Of a DNA stretch of 64,000 nucleotides, positions 1-12,300 are shown in pieces; position 1 is the stretch's first letter; each line of letters begins with the position of its first letter. Location of the stretch: assembly GCF_000150275.1 (NCBI RefSeq), contig NW_002060954.1:744001-808000 (forward strand). The letters run 5' to 3'. A model generated the notes under the pieces. That model searched no databases. It had not been told where the DNA came from and saw only the letters and a program-made list of their open reading frames with translations. The translations under genes and the position numbers were made by a program. The DNA comes from Trichoplax adhaerens. Taxonomy: Eukaryota; Animalia; Placozoa.

Positions 1-145
1 ACACATGTATTGGATATTTATCATATATTAATTAAGCTTTCGAAATAGTTCTATATATACTGAAATTGCTTAAGCAAATTAGGCACTAAAAATATTTATC
101 TATTAATTAATACTGTAATATAAAGTATTCATCAATCAATTCTAG

Positions 146-1782
146 AATGCAACCTTTCTGAGAGCAGTTCTAACATCCTGTCCTTTACCGAAAGCATAGC
201 CTAGAGGAAAGTAACGAATGGATAAAACTTTTTCAATATAAGAAATAGTTTTAAATATAGGAGGTAAACTAATAATTTCTGCTTTAGTCAAGTTCACGCA
301 TCATTTCTATTAATTACACACCAATTGCTCCATTTTTATTGCCAACAATTACTAATGCTCTCATTCTAGATCGTTTTCCCCCAGACGTCTGATTTGTAAC
401 TCTCCTCAGCTAGATAAACAGTAAACAGACAATTAAAAAGTTGCTATAATCCAGAGTTAATATTGTAATAGTCCAATTATATTTAAGGGCCATGATATTG
501 AAATCCCTATACCTCGATGCACGTCGAATAAAATTCATCCAAAATAGCTAATAATAATTAAAATCATCCAAAATAAATGATTTAATATACCAAAATAGAT
601 ACAGAAATAACACTTTACGTGTATGGATTAAAAATTTTACTTCCGTCTGGTGCTGCAGGCGAGCCAAGACTGCGACCGCCCCACCCGAAACCTGTCCATC
701 CTCTACCCAAATCCTTCTTTAGCGTCGACCTATAATTATCTACTCTAGGACTGAACGATGGCTGATCTTCCTGGTGTTCCTCAGTAGATGAGAGACTCGT
801 ACGTTTTCCCAATTTAGTACTTTCTAAAGGAGCATTATAGCCCGGCCATTTAAACTTATCCACTGCAGCATTGAAATCAACCGCCTTCTTCTTAACTCTT
901 GTACCACGTCGTCCACGACCTCCTGTTGCTGCTTTTCTTAAAATATTAAATTCATCTAAAAAATTAAATTATATAGTTATTTGGGTGACTATTATTACAC
1001 GTAAGGGATAAATATTTCTCAAGGTCAAGAAATGAGAAATGTAAGTAAGTACCTTGATAAAGTACTCAAATCCTATATAATATGCTTACAATACAATTAA
1101 TGTCTAACATCTACAGTATACGCGTTAAACATTAAAATATTGCTTCCTATCATCCACCGTTGACCACTATAGCACTGTAAACTCACATGCAAGTAGCGTA
1201 CAAGAAAATCCTTAAGTAGTCGGAACAATTTTACTTGATCTTCTATAACTAAGCTACAAATTTACTGTATAGGTACTAAAATCACATTACAGTAAGCGTA
1301 CGATTATAAGTATCTAAATTTGTATCAACGGAAAAAAACATGAATAAAATCCTACTGAATTATTAATCTTTAGCCTTTCTAAACCAGTAGAATACCCTAC
1401 AATTGGGTTCGCTACTGAGCACTGAGCTATTTTGAGATAGAGTATATTACCAGGGTACCTAAAAAAGTGCACAATACGTATGTCGTACGGTTGTGCCAGC
1501 ACTACTATACAGACAGGCATCCATATACTCTACGACAAATATACATTCAAAAATATTCCTACAACACACATTACTACGTGATCTACTGTACTAAGCTTTT
1601 CCTGTTGTATACTTACGTCTCGTCAAGGCTGTCGTATAATTTCGCTGATCAAGCGGAGTGTAGAGACAATTTAGGCTTGCAACACGATAGATATTTTCAC
1701 ATTTTGCAATGGAACCACGGACATTGCTCACAATTGCAGATACTTTATAACAAATTGATGTAAAACGAAGTCCGGTTAGCAT
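146..1782 (-). CDS. MRPS5: Mitochondrial ribosomal protein S5 (uS5m); spliced; 3' end lies beyond the window start
   Basis: Exon 1782-1617 encodes a targeting-peptide-like N-terminus (MLTGLRFTSICYKVSAIVSNVRG...) and ends at a GTAAGT donor. Exon 956-641 reads GGRGRRGTRVKKK...FKWPGYNAP...RGWTGFGWGGRSLGSP. Downstream exons (~409-320, ~201-153) read LRRVTNQTSGGKRSRMRALVIVGNKNGAIG/YAFGKGQDVRTALRK, the uS5 core. Small exons between 960 and 1600 are uncertain. Confidence 0.9.
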
Positions 1783-1970
1783 TACTTGCAAATACTGTCG
1801 ATTTTAGGTCGTAGTAATAACCCTCAATTAGATATCCACGAAGCAATATTGCAAGTACACGACAACTGGCAATGAGTTTTCCAACACTGGTCCTAACACA
1901 AGACTTTGTACCAAACCTTTGCTTTGTGCTTACTGTGCTGCATGTAGTAGATCAACATTACTATGCGTTT

Positions 1971-2155
1971 GTACCGTACTTTCTGTACTGTACTCTAGGA
2001 CGCAGGTGCGGTTTGCAGGCTGATCTTAATCTTTCTGCAACGAATGTTTCAGCATACTGTACACTGTACAGTAGTACAGTACAGTACAGTACAGTACAGT
2101 ACGCGTACAGTACCGTACAGTACAGAGTCTCTACTGTACAGTGTACAGTACTGTA
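1971..2155. repeat. GTAC-phased (TACAG/CTGTA)n island in the MRPS5/COX16 bidirectional promoter
   Basis: actgtacactgtacagtagtacagtacagtacagtacagtacagtacgcgtacagtaccgtacagtacag...ctactgtacagtgtacagtactgta. Confidence 0.9.
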
Positions 2156-3088
2156 AACGAAAAGTGTTCCGATTTAGAAATCATTTTCCAGTTCCAAATC
2201 CTCCTTGGAGTCGTGAACATCAGTATTCTACACTCTCAACGTTCAACAGCTGTTTCTCGCCTTTATTACAAACCCTGGTTTTAGAAAAGAGTTTAAATCC
2301 TTATTAGTTTTGGGCGATATGCTGATCTATTTTGATGACGATTTATCAACTGCGACAGGTTGACAATTCAGTCCAGACTGCATAGTAACCGTAACTGCTG
2401 CTACATTGCCCAGCTAAAATCCCTAGATCTAATCAAAAACTACTATAGCAACGAATCCTGCGAATTGAATACATTGATATTTAATGATTACATACTGTAT
2501 AGTTTTAAAAAATTTAAATTGGGCAGCTCAAACAAAGTGAAGATATACGGTGCTACACAGTTACTGTAGTCAGAGAGCCTTGGAGGGATTTACGCACTCT
2601 ACTGTACACGGTACCTCAAATTGCACAACATATTCAGATAAAATAAATTGATTACAAGGTCCTGTGAAAGACTCTTATGATACTTGTGTTCGCGCAATAC
2701 ATAAACTGAAACTTTAATCATTACATGATCATACAAAGGTATGGCATAATGCACTTGAAATTGATTCTAGTTATTTGTAATTTCATAAATTTCTTATAAT
2801 TCTAGAATTCTGAAAATCCTATACTTCTACCACTATTACTGTACTGTACATGACGTAAAAGTATACAGAACAGATAGGATTAGAATACACTACCCACGAT
2901 AATTGCAGTATAATTTCTGCTATAACCTAGCATACAATACGTATTCGAGTATACAGTAAGCCATGGACTACTAAGAAAGACCTTTTTTAGTTCCATGAGT
3001 AAGCCCATCGAAATTTGTGCATACTTGCGAAGATATAATTTGATTATATCTCAAACTTAAGCAAAGTAAATCAATAATTCAATTCTAG

Positions 3089-3959
3089 ATGGCAAACTGG
3101 CAAAGAATTAAGACTCAGCTTCGTCGGAATAAGTTTATGATGTATGGTCTACCGATGTTTGTAAGTAGTTCATTATAAAGCGTTTACGGCATTTAGAATT
3201 TGCAAAGTTTAAAATATACCAGTCATTTCACTATTTGGTCGCTACAAACGACCTACGGCTGTCATTACTAGGTTACGAAAGCTTGTAAACTTTAATGTCA
3301 TAGCAATCATATCTACAAATTTAACTAAATTTACAACTGTTTACACAGATTTTAGTCATAGCAGGTTCATTCGGCTTAAAGGAATTTACAGAACTGAAGT
3401 ATAATATCAGAGATGAAAAGATCCGAACTGTACGTAGATAAAATGACTGACTAATATTGTAAACTTTATAAACAATTTTAATAAATGTACAATGTACATA
3501 TATGCGTATCTTAAACGTTACTTCATTTAACAACTACTTATGATATAACACTTTAATTTTCTAGTTACTACAAAATTATAAAAAATTACTGTTATTATGC
3601 TGTTATAGTCATGACTTTATGAATTAATACTTACTGTTGCATGTATGAAATGCAGTTAACGGCAGAAGAAAAGCTTGCATTACACCAAAAAGGCAAAAAA
3701 AAGACTCTAGAAGAAGTGTACGAGGCAAGCCTAATACGTACAGTTAATCAAATGCCACAATACTACTTGTAGCTTTGCTAATAGTAATATACACTTTCGT
3801 AACTTTGGCAATCATCTTTACCTTATTTAAAGAATAATTCTTACTCGCTCTATTCTTTTACTTGTGTAGAATACTATGAAAGAATTAGACATTGAACACT
3901 GGGTGAATAAACGAGGCCCACGTCCTTGGGAATCAAAAGCAGATAGAACTGACTCCTAA
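3089..3959 (+). CDS. COX16: Cytochrome c oxidase assembly factor COX16 (4 coding exons: 3089-3160, 3349-3429, 3656-3724, 3870-3959); absent from the ORF track
   Basis: Spliced translation MANWQRIKTQLRRNKFMMYGLPMF-ILVIAGSFGLKEFTELKYNIRDEKIRT-LTAEEKLALHQKGKKKTLEEVYE-NTMKELDIEHWVNKRGPRPWESKADRTDS*. It carries the COX16 hallmarks YGxPM..GSFGLxEF and WxNxRGPRPWE. Confidence 0.93.
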
Positions 3960-5478
3960 AACGAGAAATCTAGAAAAAATCATTTATACCATATTTTAGC
4001 CTTCTTATACAAATACACTTACATTCAATACAACATAAGCTTATTAATTTTCATAGATTTATTATTACAACTATTTTATTAAATACTATTATACATAGCA
4101 TTAATTACGTATAACGTCATACCGTTTGCCCTCACAGATACGTAAACTAACTAAGCAAAATCATTCTTACAATTATATATGTTATATATACGATGCGAAT
4201 CCCTATTTCATTAATTGTTATTGCAATTATTGCAATAGTCGGCACTACTGTTGGAAAATATTTGCATGATGAACAAATTAAAGTTGTTTAAATACATAGA
4301 AACGAGTTCCTAATTACTATGATATAAAATATATGTTCTACTAGCATATAATACAAGACTCATGAAGATATAACTTAATTACGCAGTAGAACTGCAGTTC
4401 CTGTGTAGTTCTCTATTAATTTTAATTCATTCCATTTCATACTAAACTATAGAGTCTCTAACAATAGGTAAAACGACATTGTATTCATATTAATGCTTAC
4501 TCCATGAAAGTTCAAGATCACCGTACCGTATTCAGACCTCGACCACAGGATGGTCCAAAATTTAGTAACAAATGCCTTATACATGCTATAGGTGTGATTA
4601 ATTTTTATTATTCGACCCCAATTACATAATTTTGATTTAGGAATGGATTCAATATTATCACTACATCAATAGTTTGGATGGATAGTAAAGCATGATCGAC
4701 TTAATATTGCATAACCATAGTAATAATATATAAATTTATACGGTATGCTACGCTATCAAGCGATTAAAAAAGCTATGGGCTACATCATTTCAGTATAACT
4801 GCAAATATCATAATCAAGATTATAATATACACTTACTACAACATAATACTGATATAACTCGAAATGTAGTAAATAGTATCACCGTGATATTCTTTACATA
4901 AATTGTGTCATAAATGTAGGCAATTTCCATTTACTTACACGAAGTGACTACATTGATAATGCTAAAAGTTTACATCTGATATAGTGACAATATGTTAATT
5001 GTTTAAATGTTTCGTAAATGTATCATGATATAATTTAAAATCGGAGACCGTACTGTTTTAATATACGCGTAAATATCTGTCTTTATCATCTTTACAATAG
5101 CTACGATCGTATTTATCAAGTATAGCATAGTAGCAGTTATTTTAATCATTCTTATAATATCTATTGCACAAATCCTTGTGCTTTATGTTAGCTAAAGAGA
5201 CACCATATATTAAATGCTAAAAGTTCTTATCGACCATAGAGTAATAGAATTGAAGTAGCTTATAGATACTGCGAAGTAACTTTTGATGCATGTATAATAG
5301 CTAATCTATTGCAGAAGTTAAATATACAATAAATCATAAAGAAGCAAAAAATTGAATTTTTAATCAATTTCGGTTAAAATTCGGTACTGAATAAGTAATA
5401 AAGTTTCAAGATCACTTCTACATTAGTACCAAACCGTAAAACTAGATGGTTTCTAAATATTTTTTATCTAATGTCATT

Positions 5479-6033
5479 TCATAATAAAGAAGTTGATGAA
5501 GAAGATGTGATACTTGATTCGCTTTTTAAATCTTCGGAGGTATGATGTAACGCAGTAGATAATGCTCCAATGTAGTTAATTGCTAATCGTAAAGTTGTAA
5601 TTTTATCCAAGCGGCCATCAGGTGTCGGATAATACGGTACAACTTTCCTTAATTCATCAAAAGCTAAATTCATTAATTTCATGCGCTTCCTTTCGCGACA
5701 ATTTGCTTTACGCCGGCGATATCGAGATAATTTTCGCGGTTCTGGTAATCCAGTTTCACTATCCCCAGCAGTATTTGCGTCTAACTGAGATAAAATCATT
5801 TCTCGTGTTGTTGTTGATCTTTTCCGAAAATTATAAGATCCTCCGCTAGGTGACTGAGGTGTCTTAATTCTTCTACCTTGACCAGTTTTACTCGATTCGT
5901 GGTTATTGCTTAGTTGGTTTTTATTTCTATCAATCAAATTAGATGATGCGTCCACAGAAGGGGCCATTGTCGTTATATTAGTATTCTTTGCTGTTGCTAG
6001 TGCAGTTTTTCTTCCTTTAGAAGCTTTTATCAT
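5479..6033 (-). CDS. Atonal-superfamily (group A) bHLH transcription factor, Delilah-like; single coding exon; first in-frame ATG at 6033
   Basis: bHLH domain [61 protein letters not shown]. The ORF-track start at 6102 is not an ATG. Confidence 0.88.
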   Translation of the reverse strand: MIKASKGRKTALATAKNTNITTMAPSVDASSNLIDRNKNQLSNNHESSKTGQGRRIKTPQSPSGGSYNFRKRSTTTREMILSQLDANTAGDSETGLPEPRKLSRYRRRKANCRERKRMKLMNLAFDELRKVVPYYPTPDGRLDKITTLRLAINYIGALSTALHHTSEDLKSESSITSSSSTSLL

Positions 6034-6310
6034 ATTTGAAAGAAATAAAATAATGTTATCCTTGTTATAAACCAAGCCAAAATTAGTTAATTTTCTAAGC
6101 AACTAATCTGATTGGTATTTTAAAGCGAAAAATGCTTGCTTAAAGAATTATTACGCTATCACGATAAAAGAAATAATGTAATACGAAATATCAGAATTAT
6201 TAAATGTAGTAGATCTTGCGCTAAATGAAAATGGTGAGTAAAGGATAGACTAAACGATAAGAGATGAACAATTAAGCGATATGATGGCTTGTTTTCCCTT
6301 CAACCCTTCA

Positions 6311-6320
6311 ATATATAAAT
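6311..6320 (-). promoter_or_regulatory. Candidate TATA box for the bHLH gene
   Basis: ATTTATATAT on the minus strand, about 280 bp upstream of the ATG. The AT-rich background makes this weak. Confidence 0.35.
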
Positions 6321-9300
6321 ATCCGGTCGTGACAATCGGTAAGAACTGATTACAAAATTAATGTAGTATTCCTTAAAATAATTTATTTGCCTGGCGTATG
6401 GTTTGATTGTATTTTATGATAATGCACGAGAAGTTGATTGAATATCATTATAAAGGTTAAAACATATACAGATATGTCGCTTTCCTACAGTACTAAATCC
6501 TTTGAAAACAAAAATTGTGCCTGTAAGGAATAAATTTATATCATAAAGAACAGATGGAACCAGAGGGAAATAAATCTAAAATTTATTTACTGTCAATTGT
6601 TATCAATTTTTTTGTTATGTGCTGTGGCATGATGTTATTAATACTACCGTTAGAAATGGATTAATCATCATATTTCTAAATTGTAACTATTAGTATTAGT
6701 ACTTGATGGAGTGATTAAATTTTTAAGATTGAAAAAAAACAATAGTTACAACAATAACGGTAGCATCGATTATACGATAATTTAATGTAAATATTAAAGC
6801 TATAGTAGTTATATACTGTAGTAATTGCACTATCGATGAATTCGTGATAACAATACTCCTAATGTGAATAAATACCATATTGAAATGTATACGTAGGATG
6901 AGTATCAATGCCGCGATTAGTTGCATTTAATACCTTTATAGTAACGATAGCCACGATACCCTGTTAAGGCCCTCGAGTTAGCATATAAAGATATTCATCA
7001 TTAATAATTACTGTTCATGTATCACTGCTAGACAATATACCTTATATGTCGGATATTATCCACTCAGCACTATTGTACTATTAGCATGCTAAATGTTATT
7101 AATATGCAGATTACATGCAAATAAATCCGCACAGTCTATTTCAGAGACAGATAGATAGACATATCTGAATGGAGGTGTTACTTACTGTAATGCTATGGAA
7201 AAGGAAAACATATTCAAAAAGTTGAACAATGCTAATTATAAATTAATAGCAACAACAATCTACTGGGTAACTTCAAATCATATACAGTTACTAACAAATC
7301 AAATAGCATATTAATTTTTAGATTGAAAATGAATCATTCATTATTCAATCGATCTCTCTGTAACGGAAGAAACACTATCATTTCATTTCCAATATTCAGG
7401 GCGATACGAGTATATCAAAAATAATTAAAACTGTACTGTATAGTATTCGGCTGTAAGTTCGTAACAGATACAGTATTATGCCTTTTGCTATGATAGATTG
7501 TGCATAGTAGCCATCAGTTAATCTATTTATTTTAATAATATCTATATTTATGATTGTACAGGAAATAGTGAAATTTCTAACTCTACAAGAGATAGTTGCG
7601 TTAAATCATAATGAACTATCGATCAATACGAATGCATTAATTTACTAAAGCAATCATGATGTATTACAAAACCTAAACTTAACAGGAAAACACTTTGATT
7701 ATAATTATCAAATACCACTGCATACAATGACATCAAATATTAAAATAGAATATCGTAACGTATTCAAAAATAATAAGTAAAGGAATACTATTTAATTATC
7801 TAACCTTGTGTTGAGGCGAAGTTTAATATAGATTAAATTTTATAAAATTGATACCAAGGCTAGCTTTGCATAAATTGATAAAGACTATTCCAGAAATAGT
7901 GAAGAATCAATAGACCAGTATTTTAAAACTTACTGCGATGATACTAACTATTTTTGATTGCAATCCGTAATCAAATGCAATAGTTTTTTAACTGACGTTA
8001 TAATGATTCGATTTGTGGTTCGTTACAGCTTTTAATAGAGTCTAAACAAGAATAGTTAGCGATTATTGACATTGTCTTCTATTATTATCTCTATTGTCAT
8101 TTTTAACTGAGGTAAAGCCATTATTTTCCATTGAGTGCATTGAGTCAGCTATTTTATTTTTGGTCGTAGACAACCATTACATAATAGACAGGCACTTGAC
8201 ATGTAATGAGTTAAAATATGAATATTTCAAAAACGTGTGTTACATTTCTCATCTGTTTTTACCGTTTCGCTACAACTGGCATTACGCTATTCATTTGAAA
8301 CTATTGTTATGAATTAACTAGTAAGAGTATTAATCTTGTTGTTAAAATCATGGTAGAATACATTACGAGAATGGTAACAGTTAAAACCAAAAAGATGACG
8401 AGATGGCAATCTTCTTATAGTTGAAAAAATAGAATTATTTGTGAAATGAATCTTTCACATAATTACTGATTACAGAAAGTGTAAGATTTGATCATAATTA
8501 AAACTATAGCATGATGTATGATTACAAGGTATACGAAACCGAAATTGAATCAAGAAAATATTTAAAAATTTGAAATAAGAATGAACGATATTCAAACAAA
8601 AATAAGAAATATGTCTTCCTTCCTTTATACAATATATCACTATATGACAGTCTATATCTTTGTTGACTGTAATATCATATGGAAAAATAGCTACAGTTAA
8701 TTAATTACCCTTTTAAGTGCTTAAATATTATATAAAAAAGTAACTTATGTCCATAGAGTAATTGTTTTCTATCCTCTATTTGTCGTCACATATATCATTA
8801 TTATTGTTGCCATCAATAATAACTGGGTAGCAGGTACCAGATATAATAACATTAACCTAATATATAGCTAAGTAACCAGCATCATTTTAATATTATTTTT
8901 CTACCAGTATATCATGTCTAAGATAGACCACATTAAATTAATTCGTCACTTTACCTTAATTTATTCTATTTTTGTTAATGACTGACCTTTGTTATCGTAG
9001 TGAGAGGTCCTTTAATGACTAGATTACATTCTTAATAACAATTCCATTGTTAAGCTGAGATTTGTTGTAGACTGTTGAATATAGGATTGATCATTTCTGT
9101 ATTCATTCCTGATAGCAACATGCCTAGAAGGGACTTAATCAAATACATCCCATTTTTATTCATCTAATACGAACCTATTCAAAAGTATTCAACTTGAATA
9201 GCATCACGTTAATCATTAAATGTCAGAAATTATGACAAGACTAATCATAATAAGACCTTGCGGGTAGGAGAAAAGTTGACAAGTTGATTCAACATAAAGA

Positions 9301-12300
9301 CAATAATGACAAGGGCACGTTTTATTTTACTACTTTCTTCCTGCTTCCTTGCGTCATCTAAATTGAACTTGATTTCATACAATGAAAGTAGAAGAGTGAA
9401 AAATCCTCACTTATTAAAACCGTATAAGTAAATCTAGTCGAAAAATTCGGAAATACAATTCTAATTAAAAGGGTGGAAGTTACTCTTAATTTTAACACTT
9501 GCTTTATGATCGGCATCGATATAATAAAATTTTTTTTAACATACAAATAGAAGCTATTAACGAATATAATTTGTTGCATTAAATATGGTATTATCATAAT
9601 AGTAATTGCCTACTTGGGTAGATCTACGGTATCTCTTTCTTTCTACATGGTGTTATTTATATTAGTTTACTATCACTTTAGATTTGTTCGGAATGAAGGC
9701 TGATTGTAAACGCTCACGCGATGTGCAAAACTATTCTTCTTTGCTAACTTTGTATTAAATCATTTAAATTTTATCAGTATAAATCAGATTAGTAATAGCA
9801 ACAACTAGAAATAGTATTAACAAGATAAAGATAAACCTTATTGAGTACAGAAGATAATCGCCTATTATAAATAAAAGCAATGAAAACTGAATCACCAATA
9901 CTGCAGCAAAAGGAGAGCCTTATCTTATTAGATACCCAATAAATTTTGACTAAAAATGTCACTTCGATCAAATAAATCCTTATGACCCATTAAATTAGTA
10001 TGCATCTGCTAAGTTAGAAAATGGGTAGTCACATCCAGATTATTTCATTACTTGCACATTAATTGGATTGACATGCAAGTGTGAATTTGAATTATAAATA
10101 TTATATTGATTATATTATTGCTTTTACTTAGTTACGCCTGTGTTTATATTTGTTGTATACTATTAGCCTGATTCAAAGTTTTATTTTCCTATTCGCTATA
10201 TCGAACTTAGTAAATATACGTACATCTAATGACTTAAAAAGATAGTCCAACACTGAATCACTTCTACAGTATATACTGGAATGGCGCAAACATTGGAAGA
10301 CGAATATAGATATTCAACTGATTATTAATTCTTTTCCAAACTAACCCAATTTGAAAAATTTATTAGTCCGAATTGCTTGTAATTATTGATTCCTGTTAAT
10401 CGGTTAGAGTGGTCTGATTTTATTTGTATACATTAGCCACAAGACGCAGATTAATGGCGTGCAACATAGCATTCTTTTTACTGCCATCAACACACGACCA
10501 GCACGCTAACCACTCAATTAAAATGCTACCGTTATCTATTGTTTCCTATTGTGATAACTGACCTTAACTGTGAGCACATATTTCTAACTTCAATAATAGA
10601 TGCTGTTATAAATAAAAGTAAACTTAATATCATCACCCGAATTCATTGGTCTGCCAATGCGATCAATGATATTGTCCGGAATGTATTTGTTTGACTCTCA
10701 TACGCAACTATACTAGTGTAATGTAACTTAGTATTGTGATTGTAGACTGTTAGCCATGTGTAGTATAATGTACGGTAGATATTTATCCTAAGAGATATTT
10801 GGTAGCTGTAACTATAGACTGTAGTGGTAGAGACTCTATGCTAGAGTACAGATGACTATATACAGTAAGCTGTTGAGTTACTAATATGGCTATAGGTAAA
10901 AATAGAACTGTAAATCATATATTAGGATATGGTTAATTCATTGTACTTTGGCTGGTGTGAATAATGTCTACGTAAGTACTGTAGTCTTATCCATATTGAA
11001 TTAATGATGGTCCGCAGTAGAATAGTCTTACTAAGAATAATTTAACTATGTGTAAAATAAGGTAAAAGGTTGCCATGCGGATTGTAGCTGCGAATGCTAC
11101 GGAAATTATAAAAGCATGCAACTTTAGATTATTCTGTTAGTTCGTTCTAGAAGTCTTTAGAAGTAGTATTCGGCTAGAGTAGAGCTGTGTAGTTAATCTT
11201 TGTATAAGATTGAATAAAGCCCTTATTTTTCTAAAATTTGGAATTTCGTGATTGGTATATATCACAACTAGTACAGTACATGCATATATTTGCATCATTG
11301 CCGTTATACTATTGTATCAGGACTTTTGCTTTAATAAGTATCAAATTGCAATAATTACTAAATATTAAAACACCAAATACTCCAGGTGTATATTTATTTT
11401 CGTAACACTTGATTGTTCTCAATAGCACTACTACTGAAAGGTCTACTGGACGCCCGCGTAAAAAACAATTTCAATTTTGAATACGCGCGTACTGTAGATC
11501 ATACATTTAGATCCGAAATTTAAACTATTGTCTTTTCCTTATAAGTGCTATCTTGACGAATTATATATATACGTAATTCGCTACTAGCTACAGAATTCAG
11601 CTGGAGATGTTATCATGGCCTATGCCATGATCAATTTCATTTATTATTTGCAACTTGCTTCACAAAATGAGAATCATTCTTTCTTGACAAATTCCTTGTC
11701 AACGCATATTAATAAGACGCATAAAACAAATTATATAAGTTAAGATCAACTCAGAATGAATTCTTACTAGCACGCTATTTAAAATTTTAACTTATAGTCA
11801 CTCTTATCGCTGATATAACTTGTGCAAGAAACTGGTCAATAACGGAATTTTGTCATTATAACACCATATTGGTATAACATACTAATTTTACATTCCTTTC
11901 CACTCATCTACAATATTAAATATAAATTCTTATTGTCAACATAAGAGGATTGGGTTAGTTATTATTTCTTTTCCTCATTTGCCTTATACCAGTATGTATG
12001 CTACTCATTTAGGTACAGTTAGGTAATTTATTGATCATGCAAAATAATGCTGATGAGCTTGAATTGTGCACGGTAGTCCATTAAGTCACCAACTGGTCCA
12101 GATAATACTATTTGAACTTATTAGCATCCATTATCCTCATTGATCAAAGTAACTGATCAATGTAGTTGTCATAATCGTTACGGTACTTTACCATACACAG
12201 AAATTATTTATACTACGATACTTTTTAATTTGCATGATACTAGATGTTACTAGATAGCAGCCAGCGGTACATAGTAGGTCTAGCTTCTAGCATAATGTCA

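Noticed and set aside
1872-2307. ORF-track proteins rich in YSTVQ/TVLYC (also 33446-33773, 37868-38432, 43500-43957, 55890-56198)
   Set aside because: Artefacts: (TACAG)n/(CTGTA)n has no stop codon in any frame, so the promoter repeats read through.
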